In this document: positions 17,835 to 27,097 of the stretch, piece after piece
How positions within the stretch are numbered: position 1 is the first letter of the stretch
Layout of the letters: each line of letters begins with the position of its first letter
Source: Bdellovibrionota bacterium
Lineage (GTDB): Bacteria; Bdellovibrionota_C; UBA2361; OMIW01
Direction: 5' to 3'
DNA length: 38,186 bases
NCBI GenBank assembly: GCA_044345055.1
Contig: JBIJBT010000020.1
Coordinates: forward strand, 1-38,186
Position numbers and translations under genes: made by a program
The notes under the pieces: generated by a model
The model's input: the letters and a program-made list of their open reading frames with translations, nothing else
What the model was told of the DNA's origin: nothing
The model's database searches: none

Positions 17835-20713
17835 ACCACCCTCCACCGGATCGTAAACATCTCCTTCCGTTCAACCCCTTGTCTTAGCCTCGCCTCCGTC
17901 ACTGACAGGAGTTCATCTTTGCGGGTATCGACGTCATCCTGTGCCTCAAAGAGCGATTTTCGGCGTTCGATACGCATTTTCTCCCGTTCTTTTATCATCC
18001 GGTGCATTGCTATCTTTTTCTCAAGGTCCCCTTCGAGCGACGCCTCCTTTTTTAGTTCCCGAATCTCCCGGTCGAGCTCTCTTATCTCATTCTCAAGAGC
18101 GCTTTTGACATCAGCCGCCCACGAGTCGAGTTTATGCATTTCAGTCTCAAAAAAAGTAGCATTACGAGAAGACAGCTCGGCTAAGATACTGCTCTCCCGC
18201 ACACTGAGTCCAGCGGTGAGAAGGTCCTGTGTATGGGGCGGCACAGTTAGGTCTTCCCCTATCACTTTTGCTTCTATCGAAAAGAGACGCTGACATTGCT
18301 CGGCATCGACGATCTCGCCGTTATCGGTAATCCCGGTCAGCAGTATGTGATCCTCAGCTTCGAAGGTGGTGACAGTTAGCCGTATACCGATGAGATACCC
18401 ACTTTGGCCAATCAGGGGGTCCAGAATAGAGACCTTGAGTGGGGCATCAGAGTACGAAAACTCAAGTTCGGCGGGTCGCAGCTCCTTCGCTCCGCACGCA
18501 TGGAGAATCTTCTGCGCAAGGGGATGACCGAGCCGATAGAGGTTCGCATCCTCAACATGTTTCCCAGTTCGATAGGGGCCCGGATGAATGGGCTCCTCGG
18601 GGAAGGGATTTTCTTCAAGAACAAAAGAATGGCCATCACTACCGAATTCGGCGTGACCGTTGAGATAGAATCGAGTTATTTGCCAGAGCCAATTCTCATA
18701 TTTTGAGAGCACAACCTTACTCTCGTCGAGCCGTATGCGGAGCTTTTCGTGAACCTCTTCGTCAAAGTTTTCAAGGAGCTTCTGTCTCGTGTCAGAGAGT
18801 CTCGTCGCAATTTCATGATCCATCTCTTGCTGGAGGTCATCGAATGACCGCTGGATCTCACCTTGAGTTCGACACCGCTGGTAGATCTCAGCTATCCGCT
18901 TCTCGAAATCGACGCCAGAGCTTATCGTGCCGAGAACCTCATCGCTGGCACCAAAAACCCCATCGAAAAGTTTAAATTTCTCCGCAAGAAGTGCGTAGAC
19001 TCGCTGATCGGCCTCGTTGTTCTTATTCAGAAAGTTTACAACGACAACATCGTATTTTTGACCGTATCGATGACAGCGACCGATGCGTTGTTCAATACGC
19101 TGAGGATTCCAGGGAAGATCATAATTCACAACGAGGGAGCAAAACTGAATATTAACCCCCTCGGCAGCCGCCTCGGTCGCGATCATAATCTCAGCCTTGT
19201 CGCGAAAGTGCTCAATAATGGCGGCGCGCTTATCAGCGGTGGGCGACCCGGTTATACGATCGGTGCCCTTATACTGATTGAGCCATTCCTGATAAATTGC
19301 ATTTGACTGGGGGTCTGTGTTGGTGCCGTTGAAGAGCACAACCTTACCACGATAGTCAGAACTTTCGAGGAGTCGCAGTAGGTACTCCTGCGTTCTTCGC
19401 GATTCGGTAAAAATGAGAGCTTTCTTCTTGGCACCCGTTTTAATCTGTTCCGCAAATCCTCGACGAAGGGCGGTAAGTAGTGACTGCCCTTTCGAATTTT
19501 GTTCAATGCTGCTAGCAAGACGCATGAACTCCTTAAGGAGCAGTATCTCCTGATGAAGCTCCCCTAACTGCTTCTCGCTCAACTGCGGCTTCGCTGTTGA
19601 TTGTTCGGGGCCTTCACCGTCTGCTCCCTCCCACTCATCAGCTAGTTCGTCGAAATTCTCGTAATCTTTTGCTATCTCATCACTCGGGTCCGCGGACGTA
19701 GCAGTTACCGCCTGCACAGTCTTTTCGAGTCGGTCTGCAAGGGTTTGGAGCGTTCCAGATATCGCGAAGGTCGATGAGGCAAGCAGCTTTCGCAGTATCA
19801 GGGTCATCAACTTTCGTTGACTCTTGGGAAGAGCATAGAGCTCCTCGCGTTGAAGATAATCCGAAACAACATCGTAGAGCTGCTGCTCGTCAGAATGAGG
19901 AACGAACTCCTGCACGATAGCGATCCGGTTGGTGTAGTTTATATACTCAAGGACCTGACGACGCAGCGTGCGAATACATACCGGTTTCAGCCTCTGTTTT
20001 AGCTCGCTAAAATTGTCATCCCCCGTCAGTTTGCCGAACTGGGAGCGAAAACTGCTGATGTCACCGAAGACGAAATCATCAACAAAGCTGACAAGTCCAT
20101 AAAGCTCGAGGAGTGAATTCTGAAGAGGTGTCGCCGTCAGAAGCAGCTTTGGAGCATCGAGAAGGGCGTTTTTTATAGCGTTCGCTATCTTGTTTTGCGG
20201 CTTATAGACGTTTCGCAACCGATGGGCCTCATCAATCACCACAAGGTCCCACGGCACCTGCCGGATATAGGGCTCCTTCGTTCGTGCGAACTGATAGGAG
20301 CACAATATAATTGAGTCCTGAAGGAACGGGTTTAGATTCCCACCGTTTACCGCCTGATTAAAACTCTTGGCTTCAAGAATTGTACTCGGGAGAAAGAACT
20401 TGTCGGAGAGCTCTTGACTCCACTGTTTGCGGAGATTCGCGGGAGTGATTATCAAGAGGCGCCTGCGACGCTCAGCCCACCGCTGGGCAATAACGATTCC
20501 CGCCTCTACCGTTTTCCCAAGGCCGACCTCATCCGCCAGAATCGCACCCTTTGAGAGAGGGGAGCGAAATGCGAAGAGAGCAGCCTCGATCTGGTGGGGA
20601 TTCAGATCAACCTGAGCATCGGCGAGCGAGGATGCTAGCTTTTCGATACTATTTGATGGGCACCTCTTCGTTAGTTCGTTGGCGAAATAGGCGGCGTGGT
20701 ATGGGGTGATCAT
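17831..20713 (-). CDS. SNF2/RapA-like SF2 helicase with C-terminal coiled coil, first gene of the R-M operon
   Basis: LNPHQ, LADEVGLGKT, IDEAHRLRN, LTATPLQN, TEAAAEGVN and YDLPWNPQRIEQRIGRCHRYGQ, with a charged heptad-like C-terminus. Confidence 0.9.
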   Translation of the reverse strand: MITPYHAAYFANELTKRCPSNSIEKLASSLADAQVDLNPHQIEAALFAFRSPLSKGAILADEVGLGKTVEAGIVIAQRWAERRRRLLIITPANLRKQWSQELSDKFFLPSTILEAKSFNQAVNGGNLNPFLQDSIILCSYQFARTKEPYIRQVPWDLVVIDEAHRLRNVYKPQNKIANAIKNALLDAPKLLLTATPLQNSLLELYGLVSFVDDFVFGDISSFRSQFGKLTGDDNFSELKQRLKPVCIRTLRRQVLEYINYTNRIAIVQEFVPHSDEQQLYDVVSDYLQREELYALPKSQRKLMTLILRKLLASSTFAISGTLQTLADRLEKTVQAVTATSADPSDEIAKDYENFDELADEWEGADGEGPEQSTAKPQLSEKQLGELHQEILLLKEFMRLASSIEQNSKGQSLLTALRRGFAEQIKTGAKKKALIFTESRRTQEYLLRLLESSDYRGKVVLFNGTNTDPQSNAIYQEWLNQYKGTDRITGSPTADKRAAIIEHFRDKAEIMIATEAAAEGVNIQFCSLVVNYDLPWNPQRIEQRIGRCHRYGQKYDVVVVNFLNKNNEADQRVYALLAEKFKLFDGVFGASDEVLGTISSGVDFEKRIAEIYQRCRTQGEIQRSFDDLQQEMDHEIATRLSDTRQKLLENFDEEVHEKLRIRLDESKVVLSKYENWLWQITRFYLNGHAEFGSDGHSFVLEENPFPEEPIHPGPYRTGKHVEDANLYRLGHPLAQKILHACGAKELRPAELEFSYSDAPLKVSILDPLIGQSGYLIGIRLTVTTFEAEDHILLTGITDNGEIVDAEQCQRLFSIEAKVIGEDLTVPPHTQDLLTAGLSVRESSILAELSSRNATFFETEMHKLDSWAADVKSALENEIRELDREIRELKKEASLEGDLEKKIAMHRMIKEREKMRIERRKSLFEAQDDVDTRKDELLSVTEARLRQGVERKEMFTIRWRVV

Positions 20714-21086
20714 CGGATGTGCGCTAAGAATCGGTCTTTTTTAATATCCGTTCGCGGAAACGACGCAGATTAATTCAACCCTAAAAATGGTCATCGACTG
20801 CACTATGGAGGTGGCGATTTCCGATTTGAAGTGCGATACAGCGCTTCAAAAAACCGAAATAAGGTAATACCTCGCGGCGACAAAGTCGGTAGGTGCTCTG
20901 TATTTTCGTATCGAACAATGAGGAACGGTATCAGATTTAGGCCCCGAGTAAAGCGCGTATTTCAGTATAAGTCATAGCATCGTTGCTAATTCGTTATCGC
21001 AGCACAACCTATCGGGTTCGCGATCAGAACTGATGTAGTGTCGGATATCGTCGAGAAAATGGGGAATAACCGCCTTAAGAAATTCG

Positions 21087-21265
21087 TCCTCGGCCCCCAA
21101 ACCACTTTTTCACCTCCCCTGCTAGCAAAGCCTAGAACACAGAGAGAATCCTCAACAGTAATCATACCGCTCTCACCACCTTACTTTCCTCTTGTTTAGT
21201 TGATCGGTTCTGTCGTAGGTTCGAGGTGACGTGTTTGAAGACTGGTTTGGGGGTGGATTTTTTTT
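21087..21265 (+). ncRNA. Candidate rod-shaped structured RNA (unclassified)
   Basis: Nested complementary segments CCCCCAAACCA/TGGTTTGGGGG, TCACCTC/GAGGTGA, AGCCTA/TAGGTT, GAATC/GGTTC, TCAAC/GTTGA and AGTAA/TTACT. Non-canonical pairs are G-U on the + strand, and a T8 tract follows. Confidence 0.45.
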
Positions 21266-21401
21266 GTTTACCTTTTAATCATATTCGACAGGTGGTGGCT
21301 CGGTGCATTCGCCGATTTTTTAAGCCACTCTTACACATTAGAAATAGTGACCGATTCAGTGCGGTAAAATACTAATCCTCAACTTATTTTTTGAGGTAAT
21401 T

Positions 21402-24400
21402 ATGATCAGTAATAGAGGTGGTTTTAGCGACGAGCGTTCAGCTTGCGGCGTTGGATTTATCGTCAATAGGTCAGGGCATCGCTCTCATGAGGCGTTGCGG
21501 GAAGCGCTTGAGGCGCTGGAGCGGGTCGAACATCGAGGAGCGTGCGGCGCCGATGGACTCACCGGAGATGGCTCCGGCATCATGACTGACATTCCTTTTG
21601 ATCTTCTCGGCTATGAGAGGGGTAAGGTTGCGGTGGCGACCCTCTTTATGCCATCCGATCGCGCTCGTTCTCGAAGAGCCCTTCAGGTATTCGAAGAAAC
21701 CTTTTTATTTATGGGTTTGCGGATACTTGAATACCGAGAAGTACCTTGTGACGAATCGGTGCTCGGTGCCGATGCGCGGGGTCGATTGCCTTCTATCAAA
21801 CAGGCTATAATCGAACGACCAGTTCATTGCCGAACAGACGAAGCTTTCAACAAGCTCCTTTATCTAGCTAAACAACACACTAGAACTCGCCAGCGTAGCT
21901 CCGGAATAATTCAGGAGTTCTTCTTCACTTCGCTCTCAACAACAACGATCGTTTACAAAGCGCTAACGAACGCTCGCGATCTCCCCCGATTTTATCGCGA
22001 CCTTCGTAATCCCGCATTTACAACCCGATTTGCCCTCTTCCACCGTCGCTTCAGCACCAATACTCGAACCTCGTGGGATAAAGCACAGCCGTTTCGACTC
22101 ATAGCTCACAACGGCGAGATTAATACTATCGCCGGAAATCGGGCGTGGGCGCTCTCGCGCGAACAGGCGCTCGGACTTCCTCCAGATGAACTCTTAACCC
22201 ACGAGGGAATCAGCGATTCGGGTAGTCTTAACGAGATGGTCGAAGCTCTAAAATATCGGAGCAGCATACCGCACGTCGAAGACCTGCTCGCGATCCTTAT
22301 GCCACCTGCGGATCTTCACAATTCTTACTACCAATTCTGGGCAAGAGCGCTCGAGCCGTGGGATGGACCTGCATTTATTGCCTACTCAGACGGTGAAACA
22401 ATCGGGGCTCGTCTAGACAGAAATGGATTCAGGCCATGTCGGTGGGCAGTGACCAACGATGCGATATATCTTGCTTCCGAAGCGGGAGCGTTTACGATCG
22501 ATGAGGGCGCAATTCTGCAGAAAGGCGTTCTTCGAGCAGGGCGCGGTTTTCGAGTATCTCTCTCGGATGGATCCTTCTCATTAGAAGATCCAAGTCAATC
22601 GCAAGAGGTAAAAACTGCGGCATTCGATCCAAGACTAATCTCTCTACCACCTGCAGCAACACCGCCACCAATCCCCGAAACTGCATACAAGGCGTTCGGC
22701 TACAATCAAGAGATTGTCGAAAAGATTCTTGTGCCGATGATTCTCGAGGGTAAAGAGCCGATCGGTTCGATGGGAGATACTGCGCGACTGGCGATTTTGT
22801 CCGATGAGGATAGACCGCTCTTTGATTTCTTTTCGCACGATTTTGCTCAGGTAACCAATCCCCCACTCGATTATCTTAGAGAACGGCTCGTTACGGATCT
22901 CTCAACATTCCTCGGTCCTCGACCAAATATTTTCGCTCCCAAAGAGCTTATTCCTCCCCCGCAGGCGATTCTTCTTAACTCGCCCGTAATAAGCCGCGCG
23001 ATGCTACGCGCCATAAGGGAAAACACCGAGACGACATCGTGCATATCGCTTCTTTTTTCTCTTGATCATGGGCAGGTCGGCCTTCGGACTGCACTAAATA
23101 AAATAGCGAGTGAAGCCGTATCAGCGGTACGTCGGGGAATTGGTATTTTGGTGCTGAGCGATATTGATGCCGATCCAAAACATGCTCCGATTCCGAGCCT
23201 GTTGGGGCTTCGTGCCGTGGTTAATGCCCTCAACACTCAGGGTCTCAATCTATCAGCCTCAATCGTAGTTGAATCGGGTGAGGTTATCGAGACTCATCAT
23301 GTAGCGATGCTTATAGGATTTGGTGCTGCTGCCGTGTGTCCTGCGCTCGCTCTTTCGTTTGCTCAATCACCGAGTGATGGTGCGCTAAAAGATAGCAACC
23401 CTATCGAAAATGAGCGAAGACTTCTTAAGGCGTACGATAACGGGCTTTTGAAAATAATGTCGAAAGCGGGGATCTCCGTTGCACGCAGTTATCAGGGATC
23501 TGAGCTTTTTACACCGATAGGTATCAGTCAAGAACTGCTCGATGATTTTTTCCCCCGCCTTCGTTCACGGATCGGCGGACTCACTCTTCCGATGATTGCT
23601 GAGCGGATACTGCTCCGAGCCCAGCGTGTCGCAGAGAATTCAACTAGATCATTTTTTCCAACGACCTACCAGTATAAAGAGCATACAAAAGGAACAAGTG
23701 GTGAGCGTCACTCAATGACGAATCTGCGTGCTCGTTTGCTCCAAAAAATGGTGCGCTCGACTCCAGATGAAAGCGCTTCACTCTACGCTGAGTATCTTGC
23801 GGATCAATCAAAAGACACACCCGTGTCGATTCGCCACCTCCTGCGTCCTCGTCAAGCGACACCCATTGCTACCGATGAGGTCGAATCTATTCGGGCGATA
23901 ACGTCCCGATTTGGATCGGGTGCGATGTCGTTTGGAGCGATCAGCGCAGAGGCGCAGCGAGATATATTTCACGCGATGAAGGAGATTGGCGGGCGAAGCA
24001 ATAGCGGTGAGGGTGGAGAGAATCCATTTTATTTTATCGATGGCTCGACATCTACCGTAAAGCAGATTGCATCGGGACGATTCGGCGTGACCGCAGAATA
24101 TCTCGTATCTGCAAATGAGTTTCAGATCAAGATCGCGCAGGGTGCAAAGCCCGGTGAAGGTGGGCAGCTTATGGGTGTGAAGGTGGGTCGCGATATTGCG
24201 CGTGCTCGCCACTCTGATGAGCAGGTCGATCTTATTTCGCCACCACCGCAGCACGATATCTACAGCATCGAAGATCTCAAACAGTTAATTCATGACCTCA
24301 AATCGTTCCGTCCAGAAGCTGCGGTGAGTGTTAAGCTTGTCGCAGGATCGGGCATTGGTACTATAGCAGTGGGTGTCGCAAAGGCAGGCGCTGAAATTAT

Positions 24401-25850
24401 ACACATTGCGGGTTGGGATGGAGGAACGGGAGCATCTCCCCTCTCCTCGATGAAGCACGCAGGATTGCCGTGGGAGCTCGGGCTCGTTGAGGTTCACGCG
24501 ACTCTCGTTGATAACAATCTTCGTGATTTTGTTCGGGTGCGAGTTGATGGCGGGCTACAAACAGGTGCTGATGTCGTAACAGCGTCGTTGCTCGGAGCGG
24601 ATGAGTTCGATTTCGGTAAGGTGCTCCTAGTTGCTGAGGGGTGCGTTATGGCTCGGGTATGTGAAAAGAATAAGTGTCCGGCCGGCATCGCGACTCATGA
24701 TCCAAAGTTCAAGGCAAAATACACAGGCACAGTAGATGGAATCGTTCGACTGCTCGATCTAATAGCTGCCGATGTTCGGGTGCATCTTGCAGCGCTTGGT
24801 CTTCGGGGACTCGATGAAGCGTGTGGTCGCTCCGATCTGCTCGAGGTTGATCCTCTAGGTGAAGTGTTGTGTCATCAGCGCCACCTCGATCTCGGCGAGT
24901 TCCTTCGCGCTCGCCCCGCGGGTGGGCATCGGTGCTGTTCTCTCAACATTCATCAGCCATCTCCCCTGAATTCTCAGATCGTCGCAGATTGCGCGCGGGC
25001 GATTAAATCGGGAGAACCTTTTAGTCGTAGCTATTCCATAACGACGGCCGATCGCTCAATCGGTGCACCGTTGAGTGCCGCGATTGCGCAACGGGTGCAC
25101 GATGCGCGCATCAAGGAGATCGCCGCTCAAGGGGGAATTGCAGATACCTATGGCAAACAACTTATCGCCCCACCATCAATTGACCTTCATTGTAGCGGGA
25201 GCGCTGGTCAGGGATTCGGGGTATTTTTGACTGAAGGTGTTACCCTGACCCTCGAGGGTGAAGCCAATGATTCCGTTGGTAAGGGGATGTCAGGAGGTGC
25301 GATAATCATCCGCCCGCCTGCGAAATCCCGATTTCGACCGGAGCAAAATGTCATCATCGGTAATTGCGCACTCTACGGTGCAACCGGTGGGGTTCTATTC
25401 GCACTCGGCACCGCTGGAGATCGCTTCGCGGTACGAAACAGCGGAGCTACCGCGGTCATAGAGGGCGCAGGACTCCACCTCTGCGAATATATGACCCGTG
25501 GGCTTGTCGTTGTTCTTGGTGAGGTTTCACACAACGTGGGAGCCGGAATGACGGGCGGGATACTCTATCTTTTAGATGAATATCAAGATCGATTAAATCC
25601 CGAGTCCGTTTGCCCATCTCCAATTCGCCCAGTTGATGAGCAAATTCTCCTTGAGACCCTCAACCAGTATAGTCATGCAACCAAAAGCCAACGTGTCCAG
25701 TGGCTCCTAAGCGAGTGGCGAGTTTTCCGCAACCGATTTCTTAGAGTAGTTCCAATCCGAACAGCAAATCAGGAACGAGAGGCGGTAACTCGAGAGGAGG
25801 GAGTAAGTAAGCAGGCGGTAAGCGATCAGGCAGTTGGCGCGGCGGTTTAG
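21402..25850 (+). CDS. gltB: Glutamate synthase large (alpha) subunit
   Basis: ERSA-CGVGF (Ntn Cys after a short propeptide), HRGA, HRRFSTNT, AHNGEINT, EPWDGPA, FAQVTNPP, MSFGAIS, SNSGEGGE, QGAKPGEGGQL, the [3Fe-4S] motif GCVMARVCEKNKCPAGIAT and C-terminal GXGXG repeats. Confidence 0.96.
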   Translation: MISNRGGFSDERSACGVGFIVNRSGHRSHEALREALEALERVEHRGACGADGLTGDGSGIMTDIPFDLLGYERGKVAVATLFMPSDRARSRRALQVFEETFLFMGLRILEYREVPCDESVLGADARGRLPSIKQAIIERPVHCRTDEAFNKLLYLAKQHTRTRQRSSGIIQEFFFTSLSTTTIVYKALTNARDLPRFYRDLRNPAFTTRFALFHRRFSTNTRTSWDKAQPFRLIAHNGEINTIAGNRAWALSREQALGLPPDELLTHEGISDSGSLNEMVEALKYRSSIPHVEDLLAILMPPADLHNSYYQFWARALEPWDGPAFIAYSDGETIGARLDRNGFRPCRWAVTNDAIYLASEAGAFTIDEGAILQKGVLRAGRGFRVSLSDGSFSLEDPSQSQEVKTAAFDPRLISLPPAATPPPIPETAYKAFGYNQEIVEKILVPMILEGKEPIGSMGDTARLAILSDEDRPLFDFFSHDFAQVTNPPLDYLRERLVTDLSTFLGPRPNIFAPKELIPPPQAILLNSPVISRAMLRAIRENTETTSCISLLFSLDHGQVGLRTALNKIASEAVSAVRRGIGILVLSDIDADPKHAPIPSLLGLRAVVNALNTQGLNLSASIVVESGEVIETHHVAMLIGFGAAAVCPALALSFAQSPSDGALKDSNPIENERRLLKAYDNGLLKIMSKAGISVARSYQGSELFTPIGISQELLDDFFPRLRSRIGGLTLPMIAERILLRAQRVAENSTRSFFPTTYQYKEHTKGTSGERHSMTNLRARLLQKMVRSTPDESASLYAEYLADQSKDTPVSIRHLLRPRQATPIATDEVESIRAITSRFGSGAMSFGAISAEAQRDIFHAMKEIGGRSNSGEGGENPFYFIDGSTSTVKQIASGRFGVTAEYLVSANEFQIKIAQGAKPGEGGQLMGVKVGRDIARARHSDEQVDLISPPPQHDIYSIEDLKQLIHDLKSFRPEAAVSVKLVAGSGIGTIAVGVAKAGAEIIHIAGWDGGTGASPLSSMKHAGLPWELGLVEVHATLVDNNLRDFVRVRVDGGLQTGADVVTASLLGADEFDFGKVLLVAEGCVMARVCEKNKCPAGIATHDPKFKAKYTGTVDGIVRLLDLIAADVRVHLAALGLRGLDEACGRSDLLEVDPLGEVLCHQRHLDLGEFLRARPAGGHRCCSLNIHQPSPLNSQIVADCARAIKSGEPFSRSYSITTADRSIGAPLSAAIAQRVHDARIKEIAAQGGIADTYGKQLIAPPSIDLHCSGSAGQGFGVFLTEGVTLTLEGEANDSVGKGMSGGAIIIRPPAKSRFRPEQNVIIGNCALYGATGGVLFALGTAGDRFAVRNSGATAVIEGAGLHLCEYMTRGLVVVLGEVSHNVGAGMTGGILYLLDEYQDRLNPESVCPSPIRPVDEQILLETLNQYSHATKSQRVQWLLSEWRVFRNRFLRVVPIRTANQEREAVTREEGVSKQAVSDQAVGAAV

Positions 25851-25912
25851 AGGAGATTGGGGTTGATGATGGATCGTCTCGTCAACCCATTTGAGCCACA
25901 CACTGGTCTAAG

Positions 25913-25935
25913 AGCCGGAGAGCTTCCGGCTATTT
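25913..25935 (+). terminator. Hairpin, probable gltB terminator
   Basis: AGCCGGA-GAGCT-TCCGGCT followed by ATTT, about 60 nt after the gltB stop. Confidence 0.5.
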
Positions 25936-26131
25936 CCCTGATGATATCGTCAACGCAAGCACATTGATTAGCGAGCCAAGGAAATCAACTGTCTCAATAT
26001 GATTCCACCTTAAATTCACCGATCAGTGGTCGAAGATCGAGGGTAAACGCAGAATAAACGACTCTCCGCTAACGACGAAACTTTTACCAGCTCTTCATAA
26101 TCCAGATAAAAATGATGCTATCTTAAAAGTC

Positions 26132-27097
26132 TCATGATTTGTCCGAGGAACCTTGCTCGAGCTCCTGAAGACGTTTAAGAGCTTCAGCTAATTTTTGTTC
26201 ATTTTCGTCAGCTCGTTTTTTTTCTTGTTCTTCTCGTTGCTCAGCTTCCTCTGCACGAACTTTTGCGAGCTCTGCGTTTTTTTTCTCCTGCTCTTCTCGT
26301 TGTAGCGCTTCTTCTGCTCGCTGTTTCTCCAGCTCCGCCCTATCTCGATGCTTCTGAATCTCTCTATCTTTATCCTCAAGCTCAAGCACAATATCGTCCT
26401 CAACATCCATAGCGCCTCGAATGTTTTGATCTTCTATCGCTCTTCGAAGTCGGTCTAAAAGAGGTTGATGTTGTTGGGGGATCTGATCTTCATGAATAGA
26501 GAGGGTGTGTTTATCTTCGATAGCGTTTGATTGATCGAAGAAAAGAAGAAGCTTTTCAAGCTCAGTTCTTCGTTTTTCTTTTAGATGAGGTATCTGAATT
26601 ATGAAGCTATTGTGAGTAAGACACTCGATAAACTGGAACTTTTTGGTAAATCTTTCACCAGTAGCGATATCAATGCATTCACGATTTACCTTGATTACGG
26701 GAGCAGAAAGGTCAGAGATCGCTTCACCCAAGAAATAAATCGTGATTATCGGAATTGGAACAGTTCTTCCAGTTTTTGGGTCAGTTGTTTGGTTTTCTCT
26801 ATTTGCGTAGTGGTTGCCGAGGTATCTTCGAAATCTAAAAAGATCTTGCGCAAACTTTGCCTTTTGTAGCTCTATAAGAACAAGCTGCTCTCCCGAACCT
26901 GAGCGAATTTTTGCCGAAAAATCGATCCGGTACACAGTCACCGGTGGTCTTTCAAGCTCAATAGAGTGCTCGGTCGGTTGAATATTAATATCTAAAATCT
27001 CTTCATCAAGAATCGTTGAAAGCAACAACTTTGCCACCCTCTTGTCCTCGAGGAGATACTTAAATACAGCGTCGTAAATTGGATTTGCTATCTTCAT
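26132..27097 (-). CDS. PD-(D/E)XK nuclease family protein (Rpn/putative-transposase-like) with coiled-coil tail
   Basis: IANPIYDAVFKYLL, YRIDFSAKI…LIELQKAK (D…ExK), RFRRYLG and IITIYFLG, with C-terminal EQEKKRA-type repeats. Confidence 0.8.
   Translation of the reverse strand: MKIANPIYDAVFKYLLEDKRVAKLLLSTILDEEILDINIQPTEHSIELERPPVTVYRIDFSAKIRSGSGEQLVLIELQKAKFAQDLFRFRRYLGNHYANRENQTTDPKTGRTVPIPIITIYFLGEAISDLSAPVIKVNRECIDIATGERFTKKFQFIECLTHNSFIIQIPHLKEKRRTELEKLLLFFDQSNAIEDKHTLSIHEDQIPQQHQPLLDRLRRAIEDQNIRGAMDVEDDIVLELEDKDREIQKHRDRAELEKQRAEEALQREEQEKKNAELAKVRAEEAEQREEQEKKRADENEQKLAEALKRLQELEQGSSDKS

Noticed and set aside
12106..20713. Defence operon as a tRNA-integrated mobile island
   Set aside because: I saw no integrase or transposase and no duplicated tRNA 3' end (att site). 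The tRNA D-arm-like stretch near 12214-12230 does not extend into a cloverleaf.
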